Shown: positions 34,687 through 38,498 of the stretch, one piece after another
How positions within the stretch are numbered: the stretch's first letter is position 1
How the letters are laid out: each line of letters begins with the position of its first letter
Sequence record: SRR22947727_1191
Strand: one strand, 5' to 3'
Length of the DNA: 38,498 bases
Program-made: the position numbers and the translations under genes
The notes under the pieces: generated by a model
Told to the model about the DNA's origin: nothing
The model's input: the letters and a program-made list of their open reading frames with translations, nothing else
The model's database searches: none

Positions 34687-35345
34687 AGAACATCAATCTT
34701 TTTCTTAAATGATCCAATATACTCATTTGTTGTTTGGTGATATCTACGGCCACGTGTTGGATCACGGAAACCTACACCCATAAGAAGCAAAGGCTCTTCA
34801 TTGATACCTAAGATATTTTGTACATTTTCGCGGTGCATGCACTTACAGCAACCAGTTTGTAGACCAATAAGAGATGATGTCATGTTTACAAATCCTGCTG
34901 CAATGCCAATAGCCTGTTGTCTATCATTCTCTACGATGTCAGTCTCATCAAGCCTCTGGTCAGTATTTCTTTTATTTGTCAGCTCATGGCGTGTAAAGAC
35001 TAATAGAGTGTTAGCAAGCACCTGTGGATTAGTTCTAGCATATCCTTCAATAGGGCCTTTACCTTCAGTAAAGTATGTTTCATCATGAATAGCTTCAATA
35101 ATATCTCTATCCTGAGTAACAACAAGAGAATAGAATTGGGTATTTTGTTTTGTAGGACATTGTGTAGCAGAATGTACAATAAGTTGCAGTTGCTCAGGAC
35201 TTAGCTGACGACTTAAATCCCAGTTTCTTTGACATCGCTGTCCTTTTAGTACAGATTTATTAATGTGTTTAAAGAATTCAGGGTTATTATAGTATAAGTC
35301 TTGCTTTTGCTGTTTGATTTCAGATAGATTAGTGACTGCTGACAT
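34677..35345 (-). CDS. Nitroreductase-family (FMN-dependent) oxidoreductase
   Basis: QRCQRNWD, A..CPTKQN, GIAAG.V...S.L.GL.TGCC.C, LLMGVG. Confidence 0.8.
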   Translation of the reverse strand: MSAVTNLSEIKQQKQDLYYNNPEFFKHINKSVLKGQRCQRNWDLSRQLSPEQLQLIVHSATQCPTKQNTQFYSLVVTQDRDIIEAIHDETYFTEGKGPIEGYARTNPQVLANTLLVFTRHELTNKRNTDQRLDETDIVENDRQQAIGIAAGFVNMTSSLIGLQTGCCKCMHRENVQNILGINEEPLLLMGVGFRDPTRGRRYHQTTNEYIGSFKKKIDVLYR

Positions 35346-35372
35346 TATAATTCTCCAATAGCATTATTATCT

Positions 35373-35380
35373 TATTTATA
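35373..35380 (-). promoter_or_regulatory. Late promoter for nitroreductase gene
   Basis: TATTTATA (TATAAATA on the minus strand) 27 nt upstream of the ATG; RBS GGAG in between. Confidence 0.7.
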
Positions 35381-35405
35381 TATATTATTTTCATGGAGTA
35401 AACAA

Positions 35406-36455
35406 ATGTGGAAAGTGAATGAAATAGAGTGGATTGACCTCGAAACGACCACTTATTGCAATATCAAGTGTCCTGGTTGTCTGAGATCAAATTCTCGTTG
35501 GGCTGACAGTTTTATCAATAATGATAAAATGGACCTTGATAGAATCAAAGAGCAAATCACTCGCGATAAATTTCCTGCTTTACGTACTATCAATCTGTGC
35601 GGTAGCATCGATGAACCTATTTCTCATCCACAAATCATGGATTACGTTGATTGGGTTCTCAGCTTAGATGTATTTGTACATATTTCTACAAATGGATCAC
35701 TACGAAATGAGGATTTTTGGTTCAAATTAGGATCAAAGATGCCTCGTAGTAAAGGTGTAGGCATGGTCACGTTTGGTATAGATGGCACGGATGCTGAAAC
35801 ACATGTTAAATACCGTGTAGGCTCAGACTTTGATAAGATCATGAGAAATGCTGAAGCATTTATTGATGGTGGTGGTAGAGCACAATGGCAGATGATCTTG
35901 TTCGATTACAATGAGCACCAGGCTGAAGAAGCTCAACGTATGGCTATTGAGATGGGATTTCATAAGTTCAAGACTGTCAAATCTGCTCGTCCAAAAACAG
36001 TGATGCAACGAGAAGAGAAGATGGAATATAAAGCAGCAGAACGTGACACGCTGCCGAGTATCAAATGTAAGTATGTAGATGAGAAGAGAGTGCAAATCAA
36101 TAGCCTCGGCAATGTTATTCCATGCTGTTATGTCAATTCATATGACCTTGAATATAATACTGTGCCAAGCAAAGAGAAATATAAGAATCATATAAAATCA
36201 CTTAATAGACCGATACCAGATCCAGCTAATCCTGGAAAATACATTCAAGAGTATGCATATGACTATTTAGACGGATACGAGAAATTAGGAGGCATGCTTG
36301 CTAACAACATAGCATATAATGATATCGTTGACGTGATCGAAGGTGATTACTTTGCTATGATGCACCAGTCATGGAACACTGACAAGGCGGTCAGTATATG
36401 CAAGGACAGGTGCCAAAATAGAAGACTCGATGAGATGGACAGCACAATACTATGA
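35406..36455 (+). CDS. Radical SAM protein with C-terminal SPASM/twitch domain
   Basis: CNIKCPGC, ISTNGS, FGIDG; C-terminal C...G.V.PCC...C...C. Confidence 0.92.
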   Translation: MWKVNEIEWIDLETTTYCNIKCPGCLRSNSRWADSFINNDKMDLDRIKEQITRDKFPALRTINLCGSIDEPISHPQIMDYVDWVLSLDVFVHISTNGSLRNEDFWFKLGSKMPRSKGVGMVTFGIDGTDAETHVKYRVGSDFDKIMRNAEAFIDGGGRAQWQMILFDYNEHQAEEAQRMAIEMGFHKFKTVKSARPKTVMQREEKMEYKAAERDTLPSIKCKYVDEKRVQINSLGNVIPCCYVNSYDLEYNTVPSKEKYKNHIKSLNRPIPDPANPGKYIQEYAYDYLDGYEKLGGMLANNIAYNDIVDVIEGDYFAMMHQSWNTDKAVSICKDRCQNRRLDEMDSTIL

Positions 36456-37645
36456 AGTGTAAGAGACTATGGACTCATTTTGATTTCAAGCATGGTGGAT
36501 ATGCTCCGTGCTATCGCTTTAAGACAGCATTCTTTGACGGCGGTAAGGTGCCAGATCTTCCATCCGAATCGTTTAACTCAGAGTCATGGATACGTGCTCG
36601 TACTCAGATGATGGCAGGCATGTTTCCGCCCGAGTGTATCGACTGTAAGCTACAGGAAGAAGAAGGAGTCGAGTCATATCGTATGAGATCACTGACCGAT
36701 GAACCTGAAATACCAGAACCAGACTACACTACACCATATGCAGAGATCTATGATATTGAGATGAAGCTCAGCCGAGCATGTAACTATCGGTGTCGACACT
36801 GTGGTCCGTTCGCTAACTCAACATTTGAGAAGATAGGTGATGAGCATCCACACCTACGTGATCGACTGATGAATGACTATGATTTCAATCATCTGTACAA
36901 GAACGAGAACATCATCGACATACCGACCGAAGAAGTGATCGAGGATCTGATTCAGAATATCATACCAAATCGAGTCACTCGTATTGCTTTCAGCGGTGGT
37001 GAACCATTCTATCATCAGCGGATGTATACATTTCTCGAGCAGCTTATCGATCATCCAGACATCGACACAAGTCGTATTCTACTGACGTATAACACGAACA
37101 TGAGCATGACTCGATTCAAGAAATGGAAGCTCGAGGACCTGTGGTCTCACTTTCAACGTGTACATATCACCGTCAGCATGGATGGAACTGGAGATCTCTT
37201 TAACTATTTCCGTGAAGGTGGTGACTATCAGACGGTAGTAAATAATATTACTGAAATACTCGAGAAGTCGGACAAGATCAAGTCTCTTCTTATTGCATGC
37301 ACGACAACAGCATATCATGCCTTCTACATGAACGAGATATCGAGAGATATACAGGATCTAGTGAATGAAGTGAAAGTTTTTTATCCTCATGTCAACTGCC
37401 ATGCTCGAGCAAATTTCGTACACTGGCCCAAGGCTCTCGATGTAGTGAATCTTGCCGAGGAGACAAAGGCTCGACTCTATCAAGAGACGATCGAAGACGA
37501 CTTTACGTCTGACTTTCGTACTCGTCTGCTCTCTTCTCGTACACAACCTGAAGAGACATTTAAGGACGTAGTTCGAATACAGGACATGATACACAATCGA
37601 GACGCCTCAACTCTTGCACCAAGGATATTTGATTATGTCTATTGA
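36452..37645 (+). CDS. Radical SAM protein with N-terminal twitch-like domain
   Basis: CNYRCRHC, FSGGEP, YNTN, VSMDG; N-terminal C..LW.H...PC...C..C. Confidence 0.92.
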   Translation: MKCKRLWTHFDFKHGGYAPCYRFKTAFFDGGKVPDLPSESFNSESWIRARTQMMAGMFPPECIDCKLQEEEGVESYRMRSLTDEPEIPEPDYTTPYAEIYDIEMKLSRACNYRCRHCGPFANSTFEKIGDEHPHLRDRLMNDYDFNHLYKNENIIDIPTEEVIEDLIQNIIPNRVTRIAFSGGEPFYHQRMYTFLEQLIDHPDIDTSRILLTYNTNMSMTRFKKWKLEDLWSHFQRVHITVSMDGTGDLFNYFREGGDYQTVVNNITEILEKSDKIKSLLIACTTTAYHAFYMNEISRDIQDLVNEVKVFYPHVNCHARANFVHWPKALDVVNLAEETKARLYQETIEDDFTSDFRTRLLSSRTQPEETFKDVVRIQDMIHNRDASTLAPRIFDYVY

Positions 37646-38360
37646 GATACCGGTACTCGCCGAGAACGTGATTATGAAGCTATCGGGTGGAGCAGACAGT
37701 GCTCTTCTTTTGTGGCTCATCTGTAACGAGTGGACAAAACAAAACAAGCCTCTTCACGTATACACGATCACGGGTATACACAAGCAGAGACCGTGGCAGC
37801 CATATTATGCTCAACAAGTACTTGATTTCATGCATGAGCAGTGGCCGGATGTTCACTTTGCTCGACATGATACTCGACTCGTTGAAAATCCTGCTGATCC
37901 TCCTCTTCATCTCGATTACTCGAAGAATCAGTACGGCGAAACTCAAGAGCTCATGAAGATCGATATGATCGACGAAATCAAGCAGGATACACAGGTCTTC
38001 AATGCAATCACCTCGAATCCTCCTCTCAAGTACAAGGACTACTGGGGTATATCACCGATTATGGGAGACGTGTGGGAAAAAGGTGATCTGAAAGTGCGAG
38101 CATGGGAGACACGAGAAGAGAGAAAAGTCATCAATCAACACCATTACGACGGATTCATGGTCTGGTACTGTTCTCCATTCTTTCGGCACGACAAGAGCAC
38201 GATCATGAAACTCTATCAAGAACACGGACTTCTTCGTCATCTTCTACCACTCACAAGATCATGCGAGGGCTGGGACTACATGACAAAAAATTTCACACAG
38301 GAATGCGGACACTGCTGGTGGTGTAAGGAAAGAGAGTGGGCACTCAGTGTACTATCATAA
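37635..38360 (+). CDS. QueC-like PP-loop ATPase (7-cyano-7-deazaguanine synthase fold)
   Basis: LSGGADS PP-loop; PF...DK; TRSC...CGHCWWC.ER zinc motif; start reassigned to ATG 37635. Confidence 0.78.
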   Translation: MSIEIPVLAENVIMKLSGGADSALLLWLICNEWTKQNKPLHVYTITGIHKQRPWQPYYAQQVLDFMHEQWPDVHFARHDTRLVENPADPPLHLDYSKNQYGETQELMKIDMIDEIKQDTQVFNAITSNPPLKYKDYWGISPIMGDVWEKGDLKVRAWETREERKVINQHHYDGFMVWYCSPFFRHDKSTIMKLYQEHGLLRHLLPLTRSCEGWDYMTKNFTQECGHCWWCKEREWALSVLS

Positions 38361-38498
38361 GCTTCGACAGATACATCTCGAACCGACTCAGCTCTGTCAG
38401 GCAGCATGTCCTATGTGCGATCGTAACATGAACGGAGGACCGGTCAATCCTTATCTCAAACAGGCAGATCTCTCTCTTCAGGACATTAAAACAATATT
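38347..38498 (+). CDS. Radical SAM protein, 3'-truncated by window edge; not in ORF track
   Basis: GTG start; MYYHKLRQIHLEPTQLCQAACPMCDRN... contains CX3CX2C. Confidence 0.85.
   Translation, partial: MYYHKLRQIHLEPTQLCQAACPMCDRNMNGGPVNPYLKQADLSLQDIKTI

Noticed and set aside
33283-38498. Assigning the rSAM genes to MoaA, QueE, NrdG or PqqE, or calling the cluster a queuosine pathway
   Set aside because: Only generic CX3CX2C and twitch/SPASM motifs are visible, and no pathway partners are in the window.

Overview
This window is a fragment of a large, AT-rich T4-like myovirus genome, of the marine/aquatic type that has the DUF4815/VrlC baseplate architecture. From left to right it holds: (1) the 3' part of a tRNA-Arg(UCU) and a possible structured RNA behind a T4 late promoter; (2) an early region of small accessory genes with five sigma70-type promoters, including a lipoprotein, followed by gp33 and gp32; (3) a leftward late block of gp4, gp2, a tail-tube-like gene, a gp26-like gene, a start-less gp51-like ORF and a probable tape measure; (4) a long rightward baseplate/fibre operon (gp48, gp53, hub, a gp5 locus spread over three genes, gp25, gp6, gp7-like, a gp9-like fibre, gp8, a split DUF4815 and paralogous fibre proteins); and (5) a directly coupled enzyme cluster of four radical SAM proteins, a nitroreductase-fold protein and a QueC-like PP-loop ATPase. 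Four signals stand out. A T8 slippery site would join the gp26-like and gp51-like ORFs by a -1 frameshift between the tube and tape-measure genes, as in lambda G/GT and P2 E/E'. An Asp-Ser dipeptide is strongly enriched in the peripheral virion proteins. The late-expressed rSAM/oxidase/QueC-like cluster lies next to those proteins and may modify them. The last 2 kb show an abrupt TCGA enrichment. All calls come from motif recognition and synteny by eye; no database searches were run.
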